Below are positions 21,991 through 33,244 of a stretch of DNA of 64,000 bases, piece by piece. The notes below the pieces were generated by a model, which was not told where the DNA came from, ran no database searches, and saw only the letters and a program-made list of their open reading frames with translations. Within the stretch, counting starts at the first letter, position 1, and each line of letters opens with the position of its first letter. The position numbers were made by a program, and so were the translations under genes. The stretch is from Diplonema japonicum (Eukaryota > Protista > Euglenozoa: Diplonemea), in contig OZ025759.1 in NCBI GenBank assembly GCA_964019335.1, positions 144,001 through 208,000 on the forward strand, written 5' to 3'.

Positions 21991-22734
21991 ATGAACGAGC
22001 GCACTGTGCATGCTGTGTGTTTCGATCTTGACGACACACTATGGGATATAATGCCGGCGATTCAAAGAGCAGAGGAAGTGGTGGCAAAATGGATAGCAGA
22101 CCGGCTGGGGGAAAGTGTTGCCCAGGTATTTACAAACGAGGAGCGGTACAAGAGCATGCGAACTGAAGTACACAATGAACACACCGAACTGCTGAAAGCC
22201 TGCAGGCTTAAGGAGGTACGCCGCGCCATCATCAAGGAAGGCTTGACACGTGGGGGGTACACGAAAGACGATCTAGAACCCATCGTGGACGAAGCACTTG
22301 GACACTACCTGCGCATGAGAAGCACGTTGGATCTGTTCCCCAGCTGCATAGAGATGCTAGACGAGCTGTCGGAAAGGTACACACTGGGTGCCATCACGAA
22401 TGGGAATGCGGACCTCGACTTGGTCGGCATTCAAAAGTATTTCTCGTGCCACGTGGCTGCCTTCCACCCTGGCATGAAGCCCAAGCCACACTTTGACATG
22501 TTTCACGAGGCATCCAACGTCTTAGACACCCCCCTCCACAGCATCATCATGGTGGGCGACAGCATCGCGAATGACATTGAACCCGCCCTCGCCCTCGGTA
22601 TGCGGGCTGTCTATGTTGATGTTAAGTCACCTAACACGGTGACCCCCCCGCTTGGCGTCCCCTCTGTCTCCCACCTCCGCGACCTGCCTGGCGTTATCGA
22701 AACGCTCGTCAAGCAGAACCCCCCCGGTGTTTAG
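21991..22734 (+). CDS. HAD-superfamily hydrolase (NANP/YigB-like)
   Basis: Motifs FDLDDTL, ITNGN, KP, VGDS..ND. Confidence 0.9.
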   Translation: MNERTVHAVCFDLDDTLWDIMPAIQRAEEVVAKWIADRLGESVAQVFTNEERYKSMRTEVHNEHTELLKACRLKEVRRAIIKEGLTRGGYTKDDLEPIVDEALGHYLRMRSTLDLFPSCIEMLDELSERYTLGAITNGNADLDLVGIQKYFSCHVAAFHPGMKPKPHFDMFHEASNVLDTPLHSIIMVGDSIANDIEPALALGMRAVYVDVKSPNTVTPPLGVPSVSHLRDLPGVIETLVKQNPPGV

Positions 22735-22857
22735 CTGTTTCTTTTTCCAGAAATGTGCAGAGAAAGGGGGTACTGAGGGTGCATACCTTGCGACATATGA
22801 GGGGCCCGACGGCACACGGCTACGACAGGAGACCACTCTTCTCCTCGAGCCAAACAG

Positions 22858-23015
22858 CCCCTTACCTAGCACGACTCCATGTAATGTTCCTCGCCCAGAT
22901 GCCGTCCATCTCATGCGACAAACAGCCACCGCAGGCACCAGACAGCAACCGCAGATCGGTGACCGAATAGTGTGAATTTCTACTTGAACAGTGAGCCCAT
23001 CCACACTGAAACTTT
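22858..23015 (+). repeat. Dispersed ~155-bp repeat, copy A (may extend 5' to ~22750)
   Basis: Aligns by eye with 45828-45983: tagcacgactcca..aatgtt..tcgc.cagatgcc.tccatctcat..aacagccaccgca..agcaaccgcaga.cggtgaccga.tagtgtgaatttct...tgaacagtgagc..cacactgaaa. Confidence 0.9.
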
Positions 23016-23231
23016 AACTTTTTTTTTTCTCTTTTCTTTTTGTGTATGAAACGGAAAGAGTGCGTGATGCCGCCCTCTCCTGGTGTAGGGAGGGTGTAGG
23101 GTGTAGGGTATCCTCCGCATGCCTCTTGCACACATGGTGCTTCTTGCAGCATCGCACAAGCGACGAACACTTCGCTTTAACTTTCGAATTTTTGTTGTTT
23201 TTTGCATCCACAACAAACAGGCGGCCACAAA

Positions 23232-25940
23232 ATGCCGATTTCAAAAAAGATTGAAATGGTGGAGGAAGAGGACGACGTGCAGATCGCTGATAGTTATTTT
23301 AAGAAGCGGGAAGACAACAAAGAAGGCGGTTCGAAGGAGGAAGTGAACGACGGGGCAGAGAAGCCGGAGGAGGAAGCACAAGAAGAAGAAAAGGTGGACG
23401 AGTGCCAAGCGAACATAGGGGTCCCGGTAGAGAACGTGTTGACGCACTTGAAGTACCGCACGCACTCCTCGCAGCTGTGCTTCGATTTCATCGTGTACAT
23501 ACCATTCCTCGTCATGTTCATCTTGTTCTTCCTGAACGGGAGGGATGTTACGGGAAACTACTATGTGGTGCGGGTGCTGAAGGATAAGCTGATGGGGAAT
23601 GAGATACCCACGGAGCACATCGACAAGCATTACGTGGACATGGCGAACGCGTACGACTGGGGGAGGTGGGCAACTTACGTGATGATCCCCAACTTGTGGG
23701 ACTGCGCTCAAAACAATGAGAATTTCTTGCAGCTCATAGCACAGGGACAGAACTACCTTCTGGGGTCTCTGCGGATACGAACGCACAGGGTGACGAACAC
23801 GTCGTGCAGCGTGAACGACCACATGTTCAACGATGACGGCGTAGCATGCTACGGGACGTGGACGCGGGGCGATTCTGAGACAGCGGACAGGTTCAACGTG
23901 CCGAACCCCCTGCACTACCCCGACCTCGACATCGTGACCACCGACTCCTCAGGTCTGTCCTACGAAGCGAACTGGCCCGTCACAGACGCTATCCTCAGCA
24001 ACCTTACCTTCCGGTACAACAGCACTACCTTGGACCTCTTCAACACCACAGTCGAGGGCAGCTTGCAGGGCTTCACAGCATATTCACTGCGATTTCCTAC
24101 CACAATAAGTTTTGATGAGTATGTAGTAGTGCCGCGGCAGAGATCTCTCGCGACACCTGTACATTGGTCGCTTTTCGCTGACAGTTCGGGCACTTGGACC
24201 TTGATCGACGAGCAGGACAGCGTCAACGGCACTGCCCCGACAGACGTGATGCTGAACACCACTGTCACAACGTCTGCACTGCAGCTGCGGGTTCACAAGA
24301 TCATCGCCGATGGAATCGTTGACACGGAGGAGAAGCCTTTCTTGTACAAGCACCGATCCTGTGGGTTTGCAGGGCTAACAGGTTACATCTACGGTGATGT
24401 GTCTCTGTACCACTGCGGGGGGTATTCTGTGGACGTGCCCTTCAAGACCTCGTGCAAGGCATCTAGGGACACGGTCAAAATCCTGCAGGCCAACACAGCA
24501 CCCTTTTATGACAACTACGCCACACGATTCTTAGCACTGGAGTTCTTTGTGTACTCTGTACAGGTGAACACCTTTACGTCGGTCAAAATGTTCAGCGAGC
24601 AAGCAGCCTGCGGGTCGTGGGTCAACAAGTGGCAGATAAGAACCTTCGCCGTTTACACAGACGAGCCCCCCATATTAGACAGCATATTTTTCTTGTTCGT
24701 GTTTTACTACTGTTGGCGGTTCGGGGCCGACTGGAAGGCGTACTACCAAGGGTACCCTCCGGGGACGCGTTCCAGCAAAGGCAAGATTCTCCCGTTCATG
24801 TATGTGCCCACCAATGAATTCACACAACCTCAACTGCAGCCTCGAGTTCTGGAACATCCTTGAACTGGGAAACCTCGTGACGTTCATCGTGGTCTTTGCA
24901 ATACAAATCACGTGGATGGTGGAATCGAAAAAGGCTGCGACGGGGTTCCCGTTCCCTCACGTGTACCCTGAAGATCTGGACTATCTGCTGAACCTGTACA
25001 TGATGAAGGTATGTCTTTTGACTGTCTACAACGGTAACAGGTGTACGCCAACGCGGTGAACACAATCATCACGTTTCTGAAGTTCTTGAAGTACGTGAGG
25101 CTGAACAGCAGGTTGAACGTGCTGTCGGCAACGATATCGCTAAAGGCAGGGGACATGATTGCATGTCTTGTCATTTTCGTGTACATTGTCTTCGCATACT
25201 CAATGACGGCTAACGCGCTGTTCGGGTCGGGCATCAACGAGTACAGGACAATAGGGGAGGCGTACTCCACGTTGACGAGGATGCTGCTGGGCGACTTCGA
25301 TTACGACAGTTTGAAGAGGGAGAACATGTACCTGGCTGCGTTTTTCTTCTGGTCGTTCGTCGTGATAGGGTTGTTCCTGTTGTTGAACTTCCTGATCGCC
25401 ATCTTGTCGGAGGGTTTCGCGACGGTGAGTGACAACAGCACGGAGGTGCCCTTGGACGAGCAGTTAACGCGTGCCTGGACAGACATCAAGAGGATGCTAC
25501 GGCCAACAAGATTGATGAACGGGGTTAAGATGTGGGCGAAGGGGCATTCTCGGCACACGCTTCTCATCAGAGCATGCATCAAGATGGAAGACTATCAGAC
25601 ACTGGTCGAGACGGTCAACGTGCCTGGCGACGATGCCGACACACGGAACCTGATCTACCGCTCGGAGCTGCCCGTGTTCATTGGGATGGAAGAGTACGAG
25701 CTGCTGGGGAAGGACTACATCGACGACGTGTGGGATGACGTGCTGTACGACTGGGAGCTGGCACAGAAGAACACCCAGCAGCAGCAGGACACCGAGAACG
25801 TGGAATACGTCAAAAGCGCCGTCGCAGAAGCGTGCAAGGGAGAACTGGCAGACATCGACAACATGTGGCACAAGATGCAGCAGCTCCACGAAGAACTCAA
25901 TAACCTTCACTCCGTTCTACAGACGTCCTTTTCTAAGTAA
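23232..25940 (+). CDS. PKD2: Polycystin-2/TRPP-like cation channel, 3 exons
   Basis: N.LLGSLRIRTHRV...C, GGY, TR....EF.VY, FWN.LE, KFLKYVRLNSRLNVL..TI, pore LTRMLLGDFDY, FLLLNFLIAIL. Introns 24800-24839 (40 nt) and 25009-25040 (32 nt) restore the frame. Confidence 0.88.
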
Positions 25941-26054
25941 TATGATCCCTTTCTAGGGCTATCCATGATTTTTTTTTTATTTCCCCCTTTTTCTGTTATT
26001 GTCACACCCTTTCCGCGTTATTCGGTTTACCCTTCACCCCTGTCAGGACCCATA

Positions 26055-29000
26055 ATGGGCGGAACGTCGGAAGGGACGCAGCTCGACACCCACAACCCGG
26101 TGACAGGGCTGACATATGTATCTTGGAATCACCTGTCTTTGAAGACAAGGGATCCCTTCGCACCTCTCTTCCGAGGTGATAACGCCAAGGTGATTTACTA
26201 CTTTGCAGTGGTGATCAAAATCAGCCACGTGGTCATTCCGCACCAGCGTGTGGTTATCGTGACACACAGCTCACTCCTGCAGTGCTTACTCAACAGTGAT
26301 GTGACGAGAAGCGTGCCCATTGTGGACATCAAAGAGGTGCTCATTTCGCACGACAACTGGATGGGTATTGTAGTCCCCAAGCAGTGCGACATGCTTTTCA
26401 AACTCAGCTTGCAGCAGGTGAAGTACATGAAACACGTTCTGTCGGTCCTCTACAGCCATCTGAAAGGCGGCGCGACACTAAGCTTCATCGAACTGCGCGA
26501 AGCCTCCAACATCAAAGGGATGCTCCGTTTGAAGAAGCCCGACAAGTGGTCCGTGCAGCTGCCCGAGCTGGTGAGGCGGCGGGATGTCAAACCTCCCAAA
26601 ACGGGTTCCGTTGCACGATCACCAATAGCTCAGTCTCCTGTGTCACCCCAGTCACCGTTTCCCCTGCGGGTGGCTCCTGCAGGTGCCGATTCTCCAATGC
26701 TGTCGCCGAGGAGCCCCCAACCGGTTCCTCAATCTTCGATAGAGAAGCCTGATGAAGGAGCTCCCAAAATGCCATCTCTGGCTCCTGCAGCAGAACCACC
26801 CAAAGAGCCGAGCAGCCCGCAGGCAACTTCTCCTAGGATAACAGCACAAGTGCCTGAGCCTATACCACCGCCATCAGTGCCGCAGAGCACCTTAACGTCG
26901 GACGACACGGACGCTTACCGGAAAAGATTGCGCGAAATACGGGAACACAAGTCGCAGCCACCGGTTAGATCCCCTTCTCCTCCTCTTGTGGAGGGGAAAC
27001 ACAAGACAGGAACCGCTGTGTATACCTTTTACAACAACAAGTGGGTGAAGTGCACTGTGGTCGGTTTCAACGGCCATTTATACACGCTGGCGAGCGAAGA
27101 CGGCACTGTCACGGTTCCAGAGGCACGTGTCCGCCCCTACACAACGCACAAGAAAGGGGATTTCATCAAGTCCATCAAACGGTTGTATAGTGAGCGGGGC
27201 GACGCGATACCATTAGGGGGTGTGGGGACTGTACTTGCTGTGCCTGGAGAGAACACGTCGTCGTGCGCCGTGATCGAGATTGGTGGGTACAGGATCAACG
27301 TTGCACCTGGTGATATCGATGTTTGTGGGAAGCAGGTTCCTGAGTACCAGGTGGGCGACGAGCTAGAGATGCACGATTTGCACAGCTGGAAGCCTTGTGT
27401 TGTGATCAGCAAAGAGGGTGATGCGTACCTCGTGCAAACAGAGGAGTGCGAGCACTTCAAAATCGATGACGTTGACGTGGCCCAGTTCTTGAGGAAGAGG
27501 AAAGTAGTCGAGTCCAGCAACCCATCACCTGCACCCGCTCTTGTACACACATCACCTACACCAGTTTCGCCACCTAAATTAGAGAAAGCACCTGACTCTG
27601 TCCATGTGTCTGCAAAGGATTTCCGAGATCAGCAGTCCGGGACTGCCCCTGCCCATGCCGCTGTCCCTGCGCCTGCGCCTGCGCCTGCGCCTGCACCACC
27701 AGCACTCGTTGCAGCTCTTGTTTCTTCGTCGGTTCCCGCCGCACCTGTTCTTCGCGAGCAATTTTATGAAGACAATCAATTTTCTGCACCCGCTTTGGTT
27801 GAAGCTTCACATGAGATGCTTTCCCCACGGCAGGCGCAACCAACTATGGCGCAGGGGATTGATGTGTCGGCAATGGTGAGCCACAGTGCAGAAGCTGCCC
27901 CTCAGCCACAGGAGCCAATAAAGCAAACCAGTGGGAGGAAAGCTACTGTGCAGAGTAGCATAGAAGCACCAAAGCAGAACCCCAACTTAGTTGATGGCCT
28001 CCCGACCACGTACTCGGATCTGATGGGGAGCTCTCCCGCTCCTGCACCGCTGCCTGCGCATGACGTGGATCGGGCAGTATCGATGCCTGTGAACCAGCAC
28101 AGTGAACGCCGCTCGTTTTCGTACACACCACCCATTCGTTCCTCCAGTGAGCGTGACGATGCAGTGTCAATGGAATTCGCCGCCCGTGTGTTCGATGACT
28201 ACAGCAGGCAGGTGCGCGACCTCCAGAACAGACTGGCGACAGAGCTGCACGACAAGAACGTCATCGGTAGGCTGACGATGGAAAAGGATGTTTTGCTGCA
28301 GAAAATAGAAGTAATCAAGCAGTCACATGACTTGGAAATGCGAGCTATTGACGATATCGACATCGACAACCTGGCCATCGAGGTACTGTCCTTGCACAGC
28401 ATGCCGCCGGAGGGCGTCCAGCAATGGCTGCTGAACACGTTGCTCTTGTCGGAAAAAGCAGCGAATTGTTTCACAGGTTTGGATGGCCCCACGCTCTTCT
28501 CATTGTCAGAGGAGGAAGTGCGGTCCAGAATGCCTGGTAACCCAGAGGCAGCTGCTATGATCTACAACCAGATACACAGCGAGGTGCATGCAGACACGAC
28601 TAATATCAAGTGGATTCTGGGGACAAGAAGGAAACTAGTTGAAGAATTGGCAGCTGGCTACAACCAAGTGAAGACTGTAAGAACATGCTTGAAGAAGGCA
28701 GCCAAAGCACATGGCACCGTGTATGACAAGATTGCTTCAGCTGAGAAATGCACTACGGGAGCTCTCAAAGTGTTAAAGGGCATCTTGTGCAACGGTATCA
28801 CACAGAAAGAGCGGTTGGAAGTTGGGATAACCGGGCTTGGCGGCCCTGCTCAGCAATACGGCACCCTCAGCCCCTTTGAGGAGCGGGTCTTAGCTAGGAT
28901 CAGCAACGAAGGTGTAGTCGCTCCTCGCACAGCGTCAGCATCGCGCACGCCAAGCAGATATCGAAAGTCTCCAAGAAAGTACAGACGGTCGCCATCGCGG

Positions 29001-29129
29001 TCGCAGTCCCCATCCCGTGCCTCAAATAGGTCATATACTCCGTTACAAGCCTTCGGCAGGACAAACCCTTCGGTTTCGCGTTCGCGCACTGTCACACCGC
29101 CCCATCACAGGGGCCTTGCCACTCACTAG
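26055..29129 (+). CDS. Large Pro/Ser-rich protein with N-terminal PH-like domain, Tudor/SH3-like repeats and a SAM-like domain
   Basis: V.KI....QRVVIVT...L..C....VTRSVPI.DI.EV (PH/TH1-like); W..C.VV beta-barrel repeats; VQQWL....L......F..LDG.TL..LSEEE (SAM-like). Domain calls by eye. Confidence 0.7.
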   Translation: MGGTSEGTQLDTHNPVTGLTYVSWNHLSLKTRDPFAPLFRGDNAKVIYYFAVVIKISHVVIPHQRVVIVTHSSLLQCLLNSDVTRSVPIVDIKEVLISHDNWMGIVVPKQCDMLFKLSLQQVKYMKHVLSVLYSHLKGGATLSFIELREASNIKGMLRLKKPDKWSVQLPELVRRRDVKPPKTGSVARSPIAQSPVSPQSPFPLRVAPAGADSPMLSPRSPQPVPQSSIEKPDEGAPKMPSLAPAAEPPKEPSSPQATSPRITAQVPEPIPPPSVPQSTLTSDDTDAYRKRLREIREHKSQPPVRSPSPPLVEGKHKTGTAVYTFYNNKWVKCTVVGFNGHLYTLASEDGTVTVPEARVRPYTTHKKGDFIKSIKRLYSERGDAIPLGGVGTVLAVPGENTSSCAVIEIGGYRINVAPGDIDVCGKQVPEYQVGDELEMHDLHSWKPCVVISKEGDAYLVQTEECEHFKIDDVDVAQFLRKRKVVESSNPSPAPALVHTSPTPVSPPKLEKAPDSVHVSAKDFRDQQSGTAPAHAAVPAPAPAPAPAPPALVAALVSSSVPAAPVLREQFYEDNQFSAPALVEASHEMLSPRQAQPTMAQGIDVSAMVSHSAEAAPQPQEPIKQTSGRKATVQSSIEAPKQNPNLVDGLPTTYSDLMGSSPAPAPLPAHDVDRAVSMPVNQHSERRSFSYTPPIRSSSERDDAVSMEFAARVFDDYSRQVRDLQNRLATELHDKNVIGRLTMEKDVLLQKIEVIKQSHDLEMRAIDDIDIDNLAIEVLSLHSMPPEGVQQWLLNTLLLSEKAANCFTGLDGPTLFSLSEEEVRSRMPGNPEAAAMIYNQIHSEVHADTTNIKWILGTRRKLVEELAAGYNQVKTVRTCLKKAAKAHGTVYDKIASAEKCTTGALKVLKGILCNGITQKERLEVGITGLGGPAQQYGTLSPFEERVLARISNEGVVAPRTASASRTPSRYRKSPRKYRRSPSRSQSPSRASNRSYTPLQAFGRTNPSVSRSRTVTPPHHRGLATH

Positions 29130-29221
29130 TTGTTGTTATAGATACATAGAAAAAAAAAAAAAGAAAAAAAAAACCTTTTTGTATTTTTTGCCCTCAACCC
29201 AGCCACACAGGTACCGGTAAA

Positions 29222-30302
29222 ATGGATCTCAGCCTTGACCGCATGAACATCGAGACCCCGTCGACGGGGCCTTCGATGTCTCCCAACACCGTTCCTTCGC
29301 AGGACTTCGATGCCTCGATCATCTCAAGAGAGGGTTGGGAAGACGAACAGGGGAGGGACGAGGGTGTGATTGGAGAGCTGCTCTCAGCCATCCAGAAGGA
29401 CATGATGCCGAGGGTTGTGTTGTCACAAGCTGACGGTGTGAGTGTTGAGTACTGCAGGTCAGTCATACTCCCGCTGCTGTGTCACACCAAAGAAGTCAGG
29501 GAGCTCATCCTTGTGGATCTCTTGAGCGACGAAGTTGTGACAGATGCTTGCGCAGTGCTCATGAACACACCCACCATCACGTCCTTGGTGTTGGTCAACT
29601 CCTCTGTGGGAGATGGGATCACACTGTCAGGAATGTCATCCCTCTGCTCACTCCTGTACAGCAGCCAGACACTGGAATCCCTATCGCTGATGAGCTGCCT
29701 GCATACCATAGTCGGTGACGCACTCAAGATGTTGGGAGAGGCCGTCACCTTCTCACAGTCACTAAGGCGCCTGAACCTCGAGGCCAACAACATTCAGGAC
29801 AACGACTTCCTCCCGTTGGCACAGGGTCTGGCCTCCCAGCGCACACTTCTGCAGCTGTGCTTGGACAACAACTCGCTGCACTACCACGGGATGGGCATGA
29901 TGAGCGAAGTGATGGGCTACAACGACGTGCTGCAGGCGGTGTCGCTGAACGGGAACCTCATCAGAGTACCCACCGACCTCTGGGAGGGGTACTACGTCTT
30001 CGAGCAGTGCCAGGTAAACAGGTATGCAGAATCTGACTTAAATATAACAACGCAACAGGGAACTTGCACGTCTGGGGCCTTATTCTGTAGCAGCTCACAG
30101 CAATTGGCCCTCTTTGTGGAGGAGGAAGGTGAAGAAGTTGTGGTACGTACAGAGCAAATCTAAAAAGGCCGCAAAAGGAGAGTGGGAATCTGTCCTGCAG
30201 TGGTTGAACCCCAGAGGCTACGTGGAGCAAAAGGTCAAGTTGTGGATGAAACTCGAGAATCAAGCAACGCAGCCTGCCCCGCAGATCTGGAGACATACAT
30301 AA
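29222..30302 (+). CDS. RNI-like leucine-rich repeat protein, 2 exons
   Basis: LRRLNLEANNI, LLQLCLDNNSL, LQAVSLNGNLI; intron 30022-30058 (37 nt, GTATG..ACAG) joins to the frame of ORF 30114-30302. Confidence 0.8.
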
Positions 30303-30523
30303 AAAAAAAAAGGAAAAGAAAACAAAGAATACAAGTAGACAATAAGAAACTGTTAACGTAGATAAGCCTATAGACCTGGACAGCAATAGATGGACCGCTA
30401 CTCTTGCTATGCTTTCTAATGCGGTTTGTGCAGTGAGATTTTAGATTTGCCCTCCCTAGTTGAACAGTAGCTTTGCGTGTTCACGTGATCAAGCACACAG
30501 GTAACAAAAAAGAAAAGAAAGCC

Positions 30524-33244
30524 ATGGGATTCGGTTCGCAAGCTCCAGCGTTCGAGCAAGACATCCGTTCTGCGATCGCCAAAGTGAAGACCGTGCTTGA
30601 CCAGAACAGGGTTCCGAAGTACGCTACCGAAGTGAACCATACGTACGATGATAAATTCTTGCTTGCTGAGTTTGTCACCAATACTGCAGTAGCAGCACAG
30701 ATAACGTGTCTTGAGCACATAGGCCTTTCTGCACAACACATGAAACAGCTTCAAATATGGGCTGCTGACAAGAAGAGGGTTGTATTGAGGTTCAGCAGGG
30801 CCCACGAGTGCGCACACCATTCGACGGAGGAGGAGAACAAACTCAACCCGACATCAACCACCATGGTGAAGACAGATTCATTCGGCGGTTGTACTGGCAC
30901 CACCTTTACCACTTCGACGAAGGTGACAAAGTACCTTTGGGAGTTCACTGGGAAGTACAGCATCACTGCATTCACCACCGACCACCCATCGCAGCATGTG
31001 ACCCTCCAGTCCAGGACAAGCAAGGTGATGATAAAAACGTACACAAAAGGAACCCCAGAACCCAACACAGTACTGGACCCTGTAGATGTGGAGATCACAT
31101 GGCTTATGAACAGACTCGACACGGGGCTGCAACTCGTTTTCCACATCGACAGGTTGCACGAGGACTGCCACACCCCGTTCAGGAACAACGACGTGCAGCA
31201 AGCCATCGAGTACTTCTCATCTTTCTGCACATGGTGTACGGAAATCCTCAAGTACTTCTCCGTGCGTCTTTTCCCCATAGAGGTAGAGCACGACTTCGAC
31301 TTGTCACTGCTCAATGACAGTACCATCCTGAACCCCGTAGCACCCGTCCTTATTGAGGAGCAGGGCAAGGGTGTCGTGCTGAATACGCAAGATTTGAAAT
31401 CACTGTTTCACTCACATGGCATTTCTATTAAGAGCAAGCTTTCCGACTTGTCGTCTGCGTTCCAGAAGGGCACGGCGTTGATTACTATGGTAGAGGCCAC
31501 CCTGTCGGTCATGTTGATCCACACCATTAGTATCGCCAAGCTTTTCGTGAAAAGCGTAGAGAGCATCGAGGAAGGGCTGCGCGAACAGCTCTGTGAGGCT
31601 ATTGGAACTACCATCACCCCCGAGGCATTCAGGGAGCACATGAGCACTTACAACAGGAGAGTGTACAAAGAGCAATATGCGCCCAAACCCTTCTCCTACT
31701 CCGTAAGGTGCAGAGACCACCACCCGGAAGGTGTGGTCAGCATTGAGTACGACACGTTTGACAAACGTACGCATATCATGACTTCAGTCCATGAAGAAGA
31801 CGCAGCTGGCGACGTGATGCACATGCCGCTCACCTCTTCCTGCAAAGTACTCTTTACGGGAGAGAAATACATCCACTCGTTCATAAACCATACCTTCTCT
31901 TGCGCTGATGAAACCCTTACCTTGTGTGCCTCCGCTAGGCAGTTCAGTGGGTATATCCTGTTTATCGGGAAACTCGGCAGCGGCGGTGCCTTCCTGCCGT
32001 CGAACGCCGTCATCGTGCAGAACAAAGACGAGTACACCGTCGTGCTCCAGGTTGCTGCGTTGCCTACTGCTAAGCAGTTTAGAGACGCAATCGCCTCGTT
32101 GTCCCCCGAGCAGCGTGCGTTTGCTGAGACGATCCGCAGCATGCAGCTGCAGGGCTCGCTGTTCTCGTTGTGCATCATCCACATCAAGCCCCTTATCGAA
32201 AAGCTCTTGAACCTGCCGCCTGATAGTTTGACAAAAAAGATCCGCCTCACGCAGAAATTGATGGACCTGTTCATAAGGTATCAGATCCCCAGCGACCTTG
32301 TTGCGTACAAGTCCGACGGGCATGAGGACACCGCGTCAATGAAGGTGAAGCAAATAGAAGCCAACGTAGATGACATGTTTGAGATGATCGATGCTTCTAA
32401 AGAGGAGGAGATCAAGGAGGCTGCACAGGAGAGAGAGTTGGATCCTCCACCTGTCCAATCTAGTTTTTCCTTTGGCGGTGCTGTCGGAGCTAGTAGTGGT
32501 AACCCCCAGCCCAGTGGTTTTGGATTTGGCGGTGGTGCTGCAGCTTCCAGCAGTTGCGGTGGTGGTTTTGGCTTTGGCAGTGCTGCTCCTCCCACGAGCG
32601 GTGGTGGTTTTGGTGCTTCTGCTGAAGCTGCCAAGAGCAGTGGTTTTGGCAGTGCTGCTGGAGCTAGTAGCGGTGGTTTTGGCAGTGCGGCTAGAGCTCC
32701 CACGAGCGGTGGTAGCTTTGGTGCGGCAAAAGAACGGACCCCAGCGGCTACAGCAGGCACCAGTGCGTTCGTAGGCGAGAACGTCGACACGACTGCTGAA
32801 GCTGTTTACGAGGGTGGTGATGCCATTCTGTCCCTGCCATCCAAGATCGACAAGAGGATTGGAGCAGATGTGACGTGCACTAGCCTGCACCCGGCAACTA
32901 TTAGGGACACCGGTTACTGGCGCAAAAAGAGCCAGAAGAGGCTTCTCGGGGGTGAGAAGACATGCGTGCTGTCAGAATCCGACTTGAGGACGGAAAAGAC
33001 AAAGGCATACGATCTGTTAGATGCCCTCACCAAGTCAGGGCTTGTCCCCGTTGAAGACAGCGTGTTGCATGTGATTGTGCCGACTGCACACACTTTCGAC
33101 CAGACCATTATGGACACTCTGATCAAGAAGAATGAGAACCCCATTCTGTCCTTACAGCACTCCACGCAGCTGGTCAGCTCTGTTCTGCACAGAGTCGACC
33201 CGCAAAGCCTCTTGAAACCAGAAGGATCCCAGATCATGCAATGA
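30524..33244 (+). CDS. Uncharacterised ~906-aa protein with a GFG/FG low-complexity segment
   Basis: Long ORF, ATG after CACACAG motif; FSFGG/GFGFG/GGFG repeats at ~32460-32730; globular flanks not recognised. Confidence 0.75.
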   Translation: MGFGSQAPAFEQDIRSAIAKVKTVLDQNRVPKYATEVNHTYDDKFLLAEFVTNTAVAAQITCLEHIGLSAQHMKQLQIWAADKKRVVLRFSRAHECAHHSTEEENKLNPTSTTMVKTDSFGGCTGTTFTTSTKVTKYLWEFTGKYSITAFTTDHPSQHVTLQSRTSKVMIKTYTKGTPEPNTVLDPVDVEITWLMNRLDTGLQLVFHIDRLHEDCHTPFRNNDVQQAIEYFSSFCTWCTEILKYFSVRLFPIEVEHDFDLSLLNDSTILNPVAPVLIEEQGKGVVLNTQDLKSLFHSHGISIKSKLSDLSSAFQKGTALITMVEATLSVMLIHTISIAKLFVKSVESIEEGLREQLCEAIGTTITPEAFREHMSTYNRRVYKEQYAPKPFSYSVRCRDHHPEGVVSIEYDTFDKRTHIMTSVHEEDAAGDVMHMPLTSSCKVLFTGEKYIHSFINHTFSCADETLTLCASARQFSGYILFIGKLGSGGAFLPSNAVIVQNKDEYTVVLQVAALPTAKQFRDAIASLSPEQRAFAETIRSMQLQGSLFSLCIIHIKPLIEKLLNLPPDSLTKKIRLTQKLMDLFIRYQIPSDLVAYKSDGHEDTASMKVKQIEANVDDMFEMIDASKEEEIKEAAQERELDPPPVQSSFSFGGAVGASSGNPQPSGFGFGGGAAASSSCGGGFGFGSAAPPTSGGGFGASAEAAKSSGFGSAAGASSGGFGSAARAPTSGGSFGAAKERTPAATAGTSAFVGENVDTTAEAVYEGGDAILSLPSKIDKRIGADVTCTSLHPATIRDTGYWRKKSQKRLLGGEKTCVLSESDLRTEKTKAYDLLDALTKSGLVPVEDSVLHVIVPTAHTFDQTIMDTLIKKNENPILSLQHSTQLVSSVLHRVDPQSLLKPEGSQIMQ

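Noticed and set aside
22858-22875. U1 snRNA 5' end (CTTACCT)
   Set aside because: Not conserved in the second copy of the repeat, and no U1 stem-loops or Sm site are recognisable.
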